Assembly (NCBI GenBank): GCA_964016885.1
Contig: OZ024752.1
Location: 22,506,001 to 22,570,000, forward strand
Length of the DNA stretch: 64,000 nt
From: Eledone cirrhosa
Taxonomy: Eukaryota
Direction of reading: 5' to 3'
Shown here one piece after another: positions 34,186-48,944 of the stretch; position 1 is the first letter of the stretch; every line of letters begins with the position of its first letter. The notes under the pieces were generated by a model. That model saw only the letters and a program-made list of their open reading frames with translations, searched no databases and was not told the DNA's origin. Made by a program: the position numbers and the translations under genes.

Positions 34186-36430
34186 TGTAGTGACCTACAT
34201 TCTGTGGGCTCATAGATACATTCTCCGTGCGTTATTTGGCTCAGCTCAGCCAATCGCCGCCAGCGGGAAAAATTCGCGCGTCGATTCTAGAAATCTGTCT
34301 CTTGCAGCTTTGACCGTGGAAAGGTAAACAACTATTTTTCTTTCGCCGTGAAATCACTAGCCAATATGTAACACAACAATATAACCACGGCCTTGCCAAC
34401 ACTTCAGCCAGTGGACCGTGCCTTCTGAAATCTTAATTCGTTTGTTTCATTTGATGCCAGCTCTACTCAGCCCAATCTTTGAGAATAAATTACTTAAAAA
34501 CATCGTAAAGTCTTGTGATGCTATTACCACAGCAATGCCTTTAAATGTGATATGGAAAGATTCCTTCCAGAGGTATTATCACAGCAGCAACAGAACCTGA
34601 GACTTACAGCCTAACTTCAATTCTTCTTGGTGATATTACTATCATTATACATATTCCTGCTAAAATGGTGACCTGACATGAGGAATATTTTAAATATAAA
34701 ATATTCCTTTTAAAATAAAAAAATTTAGCAGTTTTTTTTTAATAAAAAAAAAATGTTTCACCACGAGGAAATTTCAAAATGGCTATCATCTTCCTCTTCC
34801 AACAACAGCAGCGGCGGCGACAATATGGGTTAACTACTAACCATGTAAAACATTTATTGTTGATAACAACACCAGCTCTTCGGCGTTCGACTTCGATTCT
34901 ACTGAAGATTTACTGTGACTTCGCTTCGATAGCAACAACAACAACAACAACAGTTCTACTAGCTTCCCAAAGAAATTTCGAAGAAAAGAAAAGGCGAACT
35001 TTTTATTAAAAAACAATTTTTTTATTCTTTTTTTCTTTTTTTACAGGCAATGTTTGAACATTCATTTTTTTTTGTTAAACTGTATTATATGAAAATTCAT
35101 TTTTTTCTATCATTGTATATATGAGTGCACGCACACATTTTCTTGGCTGTATTACATGTCTGCATATGCACACACATTTCTTTGACACACACCAACATGT
35201 TGTTGCCTTAGTATATGATCTTCAAGCGTCGTAATATTCTGCCAGATCCCTTTCACCTGTGGATTCGTCATTTCTCCTATGGATTCGCCAGAATTATGGA
35301 ATTACCGCTTCAACTACTACCCACCTACAGATTCAACTTGCTTTTTTTCTTTTCAAAGCAACCAGCCATGTTTTCCTGGCTGCCTAGCACTTCCGGCAAT
35401 TCCTGGGAGGCCGACATTTTCTCGCCTACCCATCATCTTCTTGCCAGCTCTGCTACAACATTTACCATAACAGCTCCAGCTTTACAGCTCTGGTATAATA
35501 TTTACTATAACAACTCTGGTATAACACTTACCATAACAGCCATACAGCTCTAGTAAAGCATGAACAGCACCATCATTGACAACAGCTACTGGTAAACTAC
35601 CATAGCAGCTTCATCCACAGCTCTGGTATAGCACTTACCATAACAGCTAATATTTAATGCAAGAACAACAACTTCGCCCATGTCAGACTTTATCCGTTTT
35701 CTGTTAGACTCCTGGTGGTCATGTATAAATAGAAAAACAGCTAGTCATTTGACACAGTGGCTCAACACGGCCCTTAGCGCCTCATTTTTCTTCTTGCAAG
35801 CATCCTTTTGTTTAATTTTTTTCCTTGGTGTGCTCTTTCAGCATTTTTCCCTGCTGATTCAGTAATATGTATCGTCTTACGACTAGGAAGGGGGTATTGT
35901 AGTGACCTACATTCCGTGGGCTCATAGATACATTCTCCGTGCGTTATTTGACTCAGCTCAGCCAATCGCCGCCAGCGGAGTAGAATGTATCTCTACACGC
36001 CCTGAGGGAAAAATTCGCGCGTCGATTCTAGAAATCTGTCTCTTGCAGCTTTGACCGCGGAAAGGTAAACAACTATTTTTCTTTCGCCGTGAAATCACTA
36101 GCCAATATGTAACACAACAATATAACCACGGCCTGGCCAACACTTCAGCCAGTGGACCGTGCCTTTTGAAATCTTTCATTTGTTTCATTTGTTTTGGCAT
36201 GCCAGCTCTACTCAGCTCAATCTTTGAGAATAAATTACATAAAAACATCGTAAAGTCTTGTGATGGTATTACCACAGCAATGCCTTTAAATGTGATATGG
36301 AAAGATTTCTTCCAGAGGTATTATCACAGCAGCAACAGAACCTGAGACTTACAGCCTAACCTCAATTCTTCTTGGTGACTAGACGTGAGTCTTGGTGATA
36401 TTAGAATCATTATACATTATTCCTGATAAA
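34186..36430 (+). mobile_element. Non-autonomous CsRn1-type LTR element 'D' (non-coding interior) inserted in an RTE-type 3' fragment
   Basis: LTRs 34186-34664 and 35898-36430 start TGTAGTGACC. Degenerate Trp PBS TGGTGACCTGACATGA at 34666, PPT aggaagggggta before 35898, TSD AGAT. The flanks rejoin as LRWYTHMTR-SSGLSKTVLQGTVQGG. Confidence 0.85.
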
Positions 36431-36644
36431 AGATCTTCAGGGCTTTCCAAGACTGTCCTGCAGGGAACAGTACAAGGAGGGTGGAAGAGAGACTGACAGA
36501 GGAAAAAATGGGAGAACAACATCCCGGAATGGACAGGCATGAAGATAGGTGCAATCATGGGCAGAGGGGCAGGAGAAATGGAAGGAGCTGGTTGCCAGGT
36601 CATGTGTGGCACCCCAACGGTTAACCAGACTACGGGACAGATGA

Positions 36645-36724
<80 letters not shown>

Positions 36725-37539
36725 AGAAATGCAGATATTTTTTTCTTTTCTTTTTTTCATAGAGGAATAATCAACCCAGTTTATGACTGGTACTTTTTTT
36801 ACCGACCAAAAGGATACAATCATGAATAAAACAGCTAAAATGGGGTTCTTCAAAATATTCTTTGGAGTAACATTATTTGCGTCATAGAAAGGAGATCAGA
36901 GAGTTGCTATTTCTCCGAATTGAGAGATCACAGTTCCGATACTACGGATATGTGGTCGGAATGTGTCAGGAAAGAATCAGCAGACAGTTTATGAACAAAA
37001 CAAACTGGCAGGAGATCCAGGGATAAATCGAGCAAAATGGTGGGATAGCCTCCATGAACTCAGCTGTTCATGCTTGGGGGACTAGCCAGAACATAAGTGG
37101 GCAAAGAAGAACACATTGAAAGCATGAAAAGAAAAATTGACCCCAATGAAATTTGAACTCAGACTGCAGAGAGATGGGATAAGGACTGCAAAGTACTCTA
37201 TCTAGTGTATCTTAGGCTTTAAAACAAGGTGGAGTCCTTGCATGTTTTGGACATTTTAAACCTGGAAGAGCTCATTTCCTCTCCCCTTACAATCTGGAGA
37301 TTTGATCAATATCGGGCTCTGAAACTTTAAGTAATGCTCCATGTACGAACCTAAATAAATAATAATCCTTACTAGAAGACATGAAGAATGCACCTCCCAA
37401 CATAGCCTAATAGTTAGTGACTTCATAGTCAGGACTAGACGTACTTGACGATAGAGGACTACCTTGAGGAGAAGAATATGGAAGTTGAAGGACCCCACAG
37501 CCAGTAACAAATTTAAAAGCATATTACTTGATGCTTGTG

Positions 37540-39960
37540 ACAGTAAGGAAGCAATTAGAGACGTACAATATAGAGGAACAATGGGTGGGAATTCCTGAAA
37601 GTTAACCTGCTGAAGGCAACAGATGAAACCTGTGGCTGGAGCAGACCTTTAGGCAGGAGGAGAGTAACTTGGTGGTGGAACAGTAAGGTGGAGGAGACAA
37701 TCAAGGCCAGAAAGAATGGCGGGATGGGGAAAGTAGAGAACACTATCAGGTGGCTAAGAGACAAGTGTACTTTGCAAGAAGGAAGCAGAGGATAGAAAGT
37801 TCAAGTATGTTCTACAACGTGAGAACCAAAAACATGAGGTGTTCAGGATTACAAGACAATGTGTCAAGGAAAACTGTGATATTATCGAGGAGAAGTGTGT
37901 TCGTAATGATGATGGTGTACTTGCCCTCATTGATACTAATAAGAAGGTTGCTTGGAAGTGTAACTACGAGAGAGTACTAAATAAGGAGATTGAATGGAAT
38001 AAAGATAGTCTGAGATGTTGAAGGCATCTGGAATGGTGGGACATACTATGGTCACCCGGATAGTAAACCTAGTAATATAGAATGGGGTCATACCAAATGA
38101 CTGACGTAACAGCATCATCGTCAACTGTTACAAAGGCAAAGGAGACACCTTGGATAGAGGAAACTATAGAGGCATTAAGTTAGTTGACCAGGTCATGAAG
38201 GTCACAGAAAGAGTTATTACTCAACTGATTAGAGACCGAATTCATCTAGATGAAATGCAGTTTGGGTTTGTGGCAGGTAAAAGCACCACGGATGCTCTTT
38301 TCCTTGTACGGAAACTACAGGAGAAGTACCTAGCTAAAAGTAAACCCCTCTACTTAGCTTTTGTTGACTTGGAGAAAGTCTTTGACAGAGTCCCACGCAC
38401 ATTAATCTGGTGGGCTCTTAGAAAACTAGGAGTAGATGAATGGCTTGTGAGAGCTATACAAGCCATATATAGAGGAAGGTTAGAATTAACAATGAATATA
38501 GTGAAGAATTTAGCGTAAAGGTAGGTGTTCATCAAGGCTCTGTCCTTAGCCCCCTCCTGTTTATTATTGCTCTACAGGCTATTACAGAAGAGTTTAAGAC
38601 CGGCTGCCCATGGGAACTTCTATATGCAGATGATCTAACTCTCATAGCTGAATCTATGGCTGAACTAGAGAAGAAATTCCAAACATGGAAGCATGGCCTA
38701 GAATCAAAAGGTCTTAAAGTTAACTTGTCTAAGACTAAAATTCTAGTATGTAGAAAAGAAAATAGTGCACAGGTGCCCTCTGGGAAATGGCCATGCTTAG
38801 TGTGTAGGAAAGGAGTAGGTAGAAATTCCATTCTATGTCCCAAATGCAAAGTATGGGTACATAAAAGATGTAGTGGGATCACAGGCAAGCTATATAAGAA
38901 CGTAGATTTTATATGTGGTCGATGCTCAGGTGCAATAAGTAGCAAGTGCCCACAGGATACTAGCTCCTTCTACTGTCCAGATGGTTCTATAGAAATAGTA
39001 GAAACTTTCCGTTACCTGGGTGACAAAATCAGCAGTGGTGGAGGGTGCTCTGAACGTACAGTAGCCAGAGTCAGAACGTGATGGAAAAAGTTCTGAGAGC
39101 TTATACCACTATTGGCCACTAAAGGTTTCTCTCAAAAAATGAAAGGCAGATTGTATGATGCCTGCATACGAACAGCAATGTTACATGGCAGTGAGACATG
39201 GGCATTGTGTACAGAGGACCTGCACAGATTGGGAAGGAATGAAGCATGCATGCTCCGTTAGGAACGGCAAAACATAAACGAACTAATTGAGAAATTAGGA
39301 ATAAGAGGGATCAGATGCAGTTTACTTGAGAGGAGATTACGTTGATATGGTCATGTGATGTGCATGAAAGGCGACAGCTGTATAAAAAAGTGCAGGGCGA
39401 TCAAAATTGATGGAAGTTACAGAGTAGGTAGACCCAGAAAAACTTGGGACGACATGATAAATTCCCACCTTGCATACTTACACCTCTTTAAGACAATGTC
39501 ACTGTATTGAGACCTTTGGCGCTACGCAGTAATACAGAAAACCCGCCTTCTCTACGTGCAAAATTTACCTACAGTCAGTAGGCCTCTCCAAACCAAATAT
39601 ACACCCCGACCCACTATCCCCACTCCATCCTCCCACTCCCACCAATACCACTCTTTCTCTGTAAAGTTATGTTGGTACCACAACATCCAGTCCAAACTAA
39701 TGAGGTCGTGTAGGTGCCACGATAAAAAAAAACACAGTCCACGCTGTTATGTGGTCATGTAGGTAACACGGTAAAAAGGCTCTCAGTCCACACTGTAAAT
39801 GTGGATGATGTTTGGAAGGGCATCCAGCCGTAGAAAAGCTGCCAGATACAGTCCTATACGAACGAGACACGGTCACCCAATAATCTTGCTTCAAGTGGGA
39901 CAATTTCCATCTAACCCATGCTAGCGTGGAAGATAGACGTTAAACGATGATGATGATGAT
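37540..39960 (+). mobile_element. RTE LINE, decayed, with Cys-rich (PHD-like) insertion after RT and (GAT)n tail
   Basis: NYRGIKL, MQFGFVAGKSTTDA, AFVDLEKVFDRVPR, LLYADDL, CLVCRKGVGRNSILCPKCKVWVHKRC, GRPRKTW. The tail gatgatgatgat lies at about 39946-39960. Confidence 0.9.
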
Positions 39961-40229
39961 ATATATATATATATATATATATACATAAAACTGTTGTTGT
40001 CTGTGTGTGTGTGTCCTCATTTTTGCAAAGTCTATACAAATCCACATTTCTACTCCGATTGACTTCAAACTTGCATTTATATATTTCTTGCGGTCTAAAG
40101 ATATTAACTGCAGCTTTTATTTTTCAATTTTCTGATGTTAAACGGGTGTTAGGCGCTGGTTATCGATCTCCGTTGCGCTCTTATAATATCTGTCTGTATG
40201 CCTGGCTGACTGCATTACGACATTAAGAC

Positions 40230-40506
40230 ACATTGCTCCAGTTTACTCAGCTGTAGAAATGAGATGATAGGGACTGGGGTCCCTATCATTCCACTGCAAA
40301 GTGGTCGTGGAGGTGCCACGGCAAAAAAGCACCCAGCCCTCACTGTAAAGTGGACGTGTAGGCGCCACGGAAAAAAAGCACCCAGCATTCACTGTAAATG
40401 AGGTTGGTGTTAGAAAGGGCATCCAGCTGTAGAAATCAAGCCAGAATCAGTTCCCGTCCCACCCTTGCAAGCAGGGAAAAGCGGAAGTAAAATGAAATGA
40501 TGATGA
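40230..40506 (+). mobile_element. SINE or RTE-derived 3' fragment with about 2-3 copies of the 48-bp motif
   Basis: aaaaagcacccagccctcactgtaaagtgg is repeated, followed by gaaagggcatccagctgtagaaa and a GAT tail. Confidence 0.6.
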
Positions 40507-41422
40507 TATAGATATATATAAGGTTTTGTTCGTATATCTTTATTTTATTATCTAGATAGAAAATAAAGATGTACGAACAAAACCGTCTCTCTTATTTATT
40601 ATACTAAAACTCCGGATGCTACCTTACTGAGAAAAACCATGGAGTGCTTCACATCTGTTTAAGAATAAGTCGGCAGGTGAGACCGTAGTAAGTAAGAGAG
40701 AGAGAGATATGGTTTGTATATCTCTGAATGGTCTGTAATTACTTGTAGACCACTGTGGCTTGTACATGGTCTGTAGGAGTAGGGTTCCAATCGCTCTAGG
40801 TATTTCTGTAGACCACTGGGGTCTGTTGATAGCAGTGACTCCTTACATAGTTAGTTGCTAGCGTAATGCTCCGATGTCTCTGGCTGTAGACCACTGGGGT
40901 CTATTGATAGCAGTAAATCCTTACATAGTTAGTTATAGGTGTAATGCTCCGATGTTTCTCCTTGAGTGGGATGATAGCACAGGCTTTATATACCCGTCGC
41001 TTCCTGTCCCCCGCCTTGAGGGGATAGTCAACACATCAACCTGTCTACATCAAAAGGATGTTGACCTAGAATTTAACCTTTAGGTATCACCCAAAGTTCA
41101 AGGTGCGGACAGGTTTTGCTACATTAGTTCCCTACCCAGATCGATGCTGGAGCAGCGATCGATTATAAAAGGGGTAGCGGAATATGATTCCTAGAAGCGT
41201 GTCCCAAAACACACAAAATGTGGGTACTGCACCCGCACTTCGAGTGTAGAGAAATTTGGAGAGAGAAAAAAAAAATACAGTATAACTGAGTACCCATGTG
41301 TGTGTGTAACATTTAGAAGGAACTGTAAAAATACAAAGTTGTGATCATGTATTCGAACTGTTGTGTATGGATGGATGGGTTACGGTATCGGATTACGATA
41401 TGACAACACAGAAGACTATTTC

Positions 41423-41720
41423 TCTCGATGTATCATCATACGTAAGATTTTCTCCAGTGAGTCGAGGTTTACGCTATGACATGAGTGTGTGCTCAGTGAG
41501 TCGAGCAATTAAGTACCCGTGGGCTGATTATCATGTGTTAAATTGCTATTGTCGAACCTTGACCAGTTGAATCTCGATGTATTATCAAACGTAAGATTCT
41601 CTTCCCGTGAGTCGAGGTTTATGCTATGACATGAGTGTGTGCTCAGTGAGTCGAGCGATTAAGTAACCGTTGGCTGATTATCATGTGTTTCATAGCTTTT
41701 GCCGTACCTTGACCAGTCGA
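41423..41720. repeat. Tandem duplication of about 150 bp; a 79-bp tandem duplication also lies at 40806-40957
   Basis: tctcgatgta...gtgagtcgaggttta...ttgaccagt occurs twice. Confidence 0.85.
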
Positions 41721-42577
41721 TAAGTGATCCCGCAGAGACCCAACCGAATCCAGAATATACCACAGACAAAAACATTTTGGTGTGTGACAAGGAAAATGAT
41801 GTGTTTGATGTAAAACGTGTTATTAATACAGGCATATAATACAGTAAAACGAATAATAATAAAAAATATATATAAAAATGACATTCATATATAACCTGTA
41901 AAAAAAAAAAATATTTATATAATTGTTCTTTACAAAAAGTTCTGTTTTCTCTCCATTATGTGAATGTTTTCTTGCTAGGAAGCTAGTAGTATTATTTGTT
42001 GTATTTGGAGGTTACGAAGCAAGTGAAGTGTTTGGTAATTGTATATTGCTGAGGTTGGCAAATAAAGCCATGATCAGATCAAATAGGCTGCGTGTTATTC
42101 TAATTTTTTTTTAAAATACCACTTCGTTTTTTGTTGTTTTTTTTTTTAAATCACGTCGGGATTTACCAATTTAACGAAGGGTTAAAATGAAAAGTTAGAT
42201 GGTTATATGTGGTTATTAGTTGATATGATAATAACAAAGTTGTTAGATGAAATAACTATAATAATAATTGTAAATGTATAATAACGAGAATATAAAGAAT
42301 AAATGTTTTGGTTTATATATAGTTTACTTCACGTGAATCAATTAAAAAGTACATATAAAACAGTTACCAAGAGTTGTTAACGTTGTTATTGTTTCTGATG
42401 TGAGGTTGTTGTAGTCTGTTGTTGTTGTTGGTGTGAAAACAGCGAGCGACAGATAATTGTTGTTGTTGTTGGAATTTGGAGAAAGTGAGAAACGATCGTC
42501 GTTTATTTCCCTTTGTTTTATTAACTATACAATACGTACATTCATATATACATCCCTATTTCAAAGCACCAACACAA

Positions 42578-42678
<101 letters not shown>

Positions 42679-42681
42679 CAT

Positions 42682-42723
<42 letters not shown>

Positions 42724-42767
42724 TATAAATTATCTCCTTAGAAACGAATTCAAAATGGCTAAGAACT

Positions 42768-42845
<78 letters not shown>

Positions 42846-43121
42846 AGTTCTTAGCCATTTTGAATTCGTTTCTAAGGACATAATTTATAGTATATTGCTC
42901 TGATTATTTAATTTATTAATTCATCATTGAGCCACATCGTGAATGGTTGCCAAAAACATATCTATGTCTTTGTCTAGTTTGTGTATATGTAAATCTTTCT
43001 ATTTGATAATCTCCGATAAGGTTGAGATGCAATTTAGGCAATATTAGGCTGCGCTTTCTAGCAACCAGCCTACTAGCCGTAAGGCACCAATCACATTCTT
43101 TCTGACTTGACCATTGCCACG

Positions 43122-43569
43122 TCACAGTTCTTAGTCATTTTGAATTCGTTTCTGGCGGGAATCATTTAAGAAAAATCTTTGTCCAAGTGAGTTTGTTTCC
43201 TGATGAGTTCCAAGCTCGAGAATTTATCCTTGATAGGATATTTCCGAAAGCGAAGGAAACCCTAAAGGGTAGAAACGTAATCCTGGCATGTGTATCTGCA
43301 TTTTTTCTTCTAACTTTAATTTTATACCTAATTGTGTATGGTTGACGATATATTTAATCGATTTCCACGTGATATTAAAATGCTGGGTAAATATTCTATA
43401 ACTGTTGATCGCGAATAGATGGCTGTCGTTTATTTATCTATTATTTCTTCATAGGTGCCTTTTAATCTTATAGCCTGGTTTAATTGTTTTTTTGTGTGGT
43501 TGATTATGCTAATTGGGAGAGGAAATTGAGTATATATCTTATCAAATGATTCTAAGGACATAATTTATA

Positions 43570-43572
<3 letters not shown>
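43122..43572 (+). mobile_element. Small non-coding PLE-LTR or retrozyme-like element ending in (TA)n
   Basis: It contains a hammerhead-like motif, and its two ends recur fused at 42842-42892 and inverted at 42721-42771. Confidence 0.55.
43195..43276 (+). ncRNA. Type I hammerhead ribozyme-like motif (GUA site), possibly inactivated
   Basis: gtttc-CTGATGA-[long stem II: ttc/gaa, gct/agc, tatcct/aggata]-GAAA-ccct aa aggg-TA-gaaac. The stem II closing pair is G.G rather than G-C. Confidence 0.65.
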
Positions 43573-43640
<68 letters not shown>

Positions 43641-43645
43641 TATAG

Positions 43646-45602
43646 TGAAAAGATAACAAGGACGATTGGTTACTCCTTCATTACATTTATTGGTTGGTGA
43701 CGCGCGTTTCGCCACTGATCAGCTCAAGGTTCTATATGTAATCTGCAGCTCGATGGACCCCTTGAAATGCTAGTAGAGAATGAATACATGCTATATGATA
43801 AAGTCATAAGTTCATATGTTGGTCAATAAAGTTTGTTTTGATTAGTTCATAGGGATGTTTTTGCCTGTAGTGCATGTGGGGTGTGGGTGTGGTGACAAGA
43901 TGGTGGTGACGGTCTCAGGCTGAAGTGGGCGGTGGTGTGGGGGTGCTGGTTGTCGGTAGATAGATTGGCATGTAGTTGAGGCTGATTTTTGTATGTGGTG
44001 TTGTTGTTTGTGGTAATGGTGTTTATGGTGGTGTGATGGATGTGTTGGTGGTGTCATGGAGATACATACATAGCCACACTTAGTCTGACAAATATGTAGT
44101 ATACATACGCATGTATATATATATATAGAGAGAGAGCCAGTGGAGATGGCGTTGTACAAATAAATATACTTACACACAGACACACACACATGCGTTGTTT
44201 AGGGAGGGATGATATGTTTTGGTGTGTGTTATCGTGTGGCCTAGATTTGGTGCTGTGGAGAAAGAGAATTTGACAGTGTGTCTATTGAAGAGCTTGTGGT
44301 ATTTATGTGTGTGTGGGAAGGATTGTTCCAGAGCCCTGAAGAAGGTTCCCGGTATATTGGTGGCAACGTGTATAGAATACGGGGTGGTGTACCATGTGAC
44401 AGGTCTACTTCGGGCTTTACGGTGTTTATTGTGGTTGTAACACACACTAATAGCACACACTAATAGGACAAAATACGCAAACACATGGTAGCCCCACAAC
44501 AAAACACTAGCACAACCTAGGATGAAACCACACACTCAACACAACACAACAACCCACACGCCAGCTCCACACAGAATACGAACAACCGACAACGTGCCAT
44601 CGAACCTGTAACCCCCAACTGCAACTGCAAAAAGCGGGTGGAATGCTCACTAAACGGGGAGTGTCTCATTAAAAACATTATTTACCGGTGCAATGTCACA
44701 ACTGGCACAAAAGAGTACTCCTATATAGGTGTGACTACGTTTAAAGGGCGCTGGTATAACCACAAAAGCTCCTTTAAACACAGGATCAAACGATCCCAAA
44801 CTAGACTGGCCGATTTGATCTGAGATCTCAAATTCCAGATCCTATGGTCAGTTAAAAGACGTGTGGCCCAACTCCCCAGCGACAGAAACCACTGCAGGTT
44901 ATGCCTGGCCGAGGCGGCTGAAATCATTAAAATGAAATCTGCCATAAACTCTAGGTCTGACATAATTATAAATTGTAGACACACCAGGTCGAACACCTTC
45001 TCTGCACAAACATTCGGCCGAGGGCCACACACTAACCCTGACTCAACATAGTGTTAACCACGTTTGCTTTGCCTCACCGTCCCTCATCTCAGTGTATTTG
45101 TCATATAACATGTAACCCTTTGTAAGTTCAGATTTTGTAATTATCATGTTGCATCGATCACCCCCACCAACAGACACATCGCCATACATCCCTCATCTCA
45201 GTACCATTGTGTTCTATCTGTCCTCTCTGTCAGGTTTTACCTTGTAAACCACCGTAACATCCGATCCTGTAAATATAATGTCGAACATATCACCACATCG
45301 CCACCAAACACATCGCTATACATCCACCATCCCTCATTCACAACCTTGTTTTCCCCGTGTTCCCTATGTCACTTTTTAACCTGCAATCCATTGTAAAATT
45401 TGATCCTGTAAATATTTTGTCGTGCACTTATGACTTTATCATATAGCATGTATTCATTCTCTACTAGCATTTCAAGGGGTCCATCGAGCTGCAGATTACA
45501 GAGTTGGGTAAGATCGAAACTTGAGCTGATCAGTGACGAAACGCGCGTCACCAACCAAAAAATGTAATGAAGGAGTAACCAATCGTCCTTGTTATCTTTT
45601 CA
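43646..45602. mobile_element. Neptune-type PLE remnant bounded by about 170-bp inverted pLTR ends
   Basis: 43646-43811 is the reverse complement of 45427-45602. The minus arm encodes TWYTTPYSIHVATNI...KLFNRHTVKFSFS. The plus arm encodes CNCKKRVECSLNGECLIKNIIY...SYIGVT...CRLCLAE...CRH (GIY-YIG). Confidence 0.85.
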
Positions 45603-46097
45603 ATATAATACACTCTGTATAGCTCTACACCTCGACACTCAAGTGAACCTAAACATCGAATGCTCACCCGGGTGAACCTACAGTAACTCCATGCTACACT
45701 CCCTGGAGATATATATATATGGGGTAACAAGTTATCGTTACCTGAAATAAAGCCCCTTATTGTACAGCCAACCATGTTACTCTTCATTCTTTTACTATAT
45801 ATATATATTATATATGTATATATATCAAGAGAAATTTGTGTTATATATAATTAGAGAGAGAGAGAGAGAATGGGGGAGAAATCAGATGATGAGAAAGCGG
45901 AAGAATCAACCCTATTATGTGCTTGGTATTTTATATCAAGACTTCAAAAATAGAAGCAATGAGCAGAAAGCTGAAAGACTTACTGCAAATGTATACACAT
46001 ATATATACACAAACGCACATAAACATACATGTACGCATATACAGATACACATAATTATACACATACAAACATATACATGGACAAAAATTTCTACACA

Positions 46098-47085
46098 CAT
46101 CATCATCATCATCATCATCGTTTAACGTCCGTGTTCCATGCTTGCATGGGTTTGGACGGGAGTTTTCCCACTTGAGGCAAGAGTGGTTGTCTTGCTCGCA
46201 TAGGACTGTCTGGCGGGTTTTCTACAGTTGGATGCCCTTCCTAACACCAACCACATTTACAGTGTGGGGCTGGGAGGTTTTTACCGTGTTGCCTACACGG
46301 CCACATTACAGCGTGGACTGTCTGGCAGGTTTTCTACAGCTGGATGCCCTTCCTAACACCAACCACATTTACAGTGTGGGACTGGGACGTTTTTACCGTG
46401 TTGCCTACACGGTCACATTACAGCGTGGACTGTGTGTTTTTTTTTTTCGTGACACCTACACGATCTCATTTGTTTCGGCCTGGATTTTGTGGCACCAACA
46501 TAACTTTACATTGAAAGGGGCGGTGTGGATGGGGTGGGGGTGGTGGGACGGGGGTGTATTTTGTTAGAGATGCCTACTGAGTGTAGTAGGTTTTACTTTG
46601 TATTTAGGTAACGCGGGTCTTCTCTGTTACTGAGTACCTCCAAAGGTCTCGGTCCAGTGACATTGTCTTGGAGAGGTGTAAGTGTGTGAGGTCGGAATTT
46701 ATCAGCTCGTCCCAGGTTTTTCTGGGTCTGCCTACTCCGTGGCTACCATCTATCTTTATTGCCCTGCACTTTGTTATACAGCTGTCGTCTTTCATGCGCA
46801 TCACGTGACCATACCAACGTAGCCTTCTCTCGAGTAAACAACATCTGATCCCTCTTATTTCTAATTTTTTCCTTAGTTCGTTTATGCTTTGCCGTTCGTG
46901 TATATTACTATTACACATCCAGCGGAGCATGCAAGCTTCGTTCCTCTCTAGTCTGCGTATATCCTCTGCACACAATGCCCAGGTCTCACTGCCATGCAAC
47001 ATTGCTGTTCGTATGCAGGCATCATACAACCTGCCTTTCACTTTTAGGGAGAACCCTTTAGCGGCTAATAGTGGTATAAGCGGAC
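46098..47085 (-). mobile_element. RTE LINE 3' fragment with about 118-bp duplication in the 3'UTR
   Basis: ORF 46604-47134 reads KGRLYDACIRTAMLHGSETW...RLRWYGHVMR...GRPRKTW, with (CAT)n at 46098. 46204-46320 recurs at 46316-46432. Confidence 0.88.
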
Positions 47086-47289
47086 ACACAAACATATAGT
47101 GTTTGTAAATTCTATACCATAGTTTTATCAGCACAAGATTTGATTAATTTTAAAAATAAAATGATAGGAGAACAATTTCTGAGTAAACAAGTTTTATTAA
47201 GAACATTTACAACATAGGTGACACAATTTTGGGTGAATGATATGGTTTTTATCTTGTATGATTGTGTTTGTGTTTCATTGAGTCAGTTT

Positions 47290-48944
<1,655 letters not shown>

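Noticed and set aside
39975-40230. Helitron-like or MITE fragments here and near 13915-14040, 15100-15380 and 63295-63900
   Set aside because: Only vague terminal resemblance, with no paired ends or hairpin confirmed.
42148-42162. aaatcacgtcggg, similar to the tRNA-Trp 3' region
   Set aside because: It is only about 13 nt, with no CCA end, cloverleaf or LTR context.
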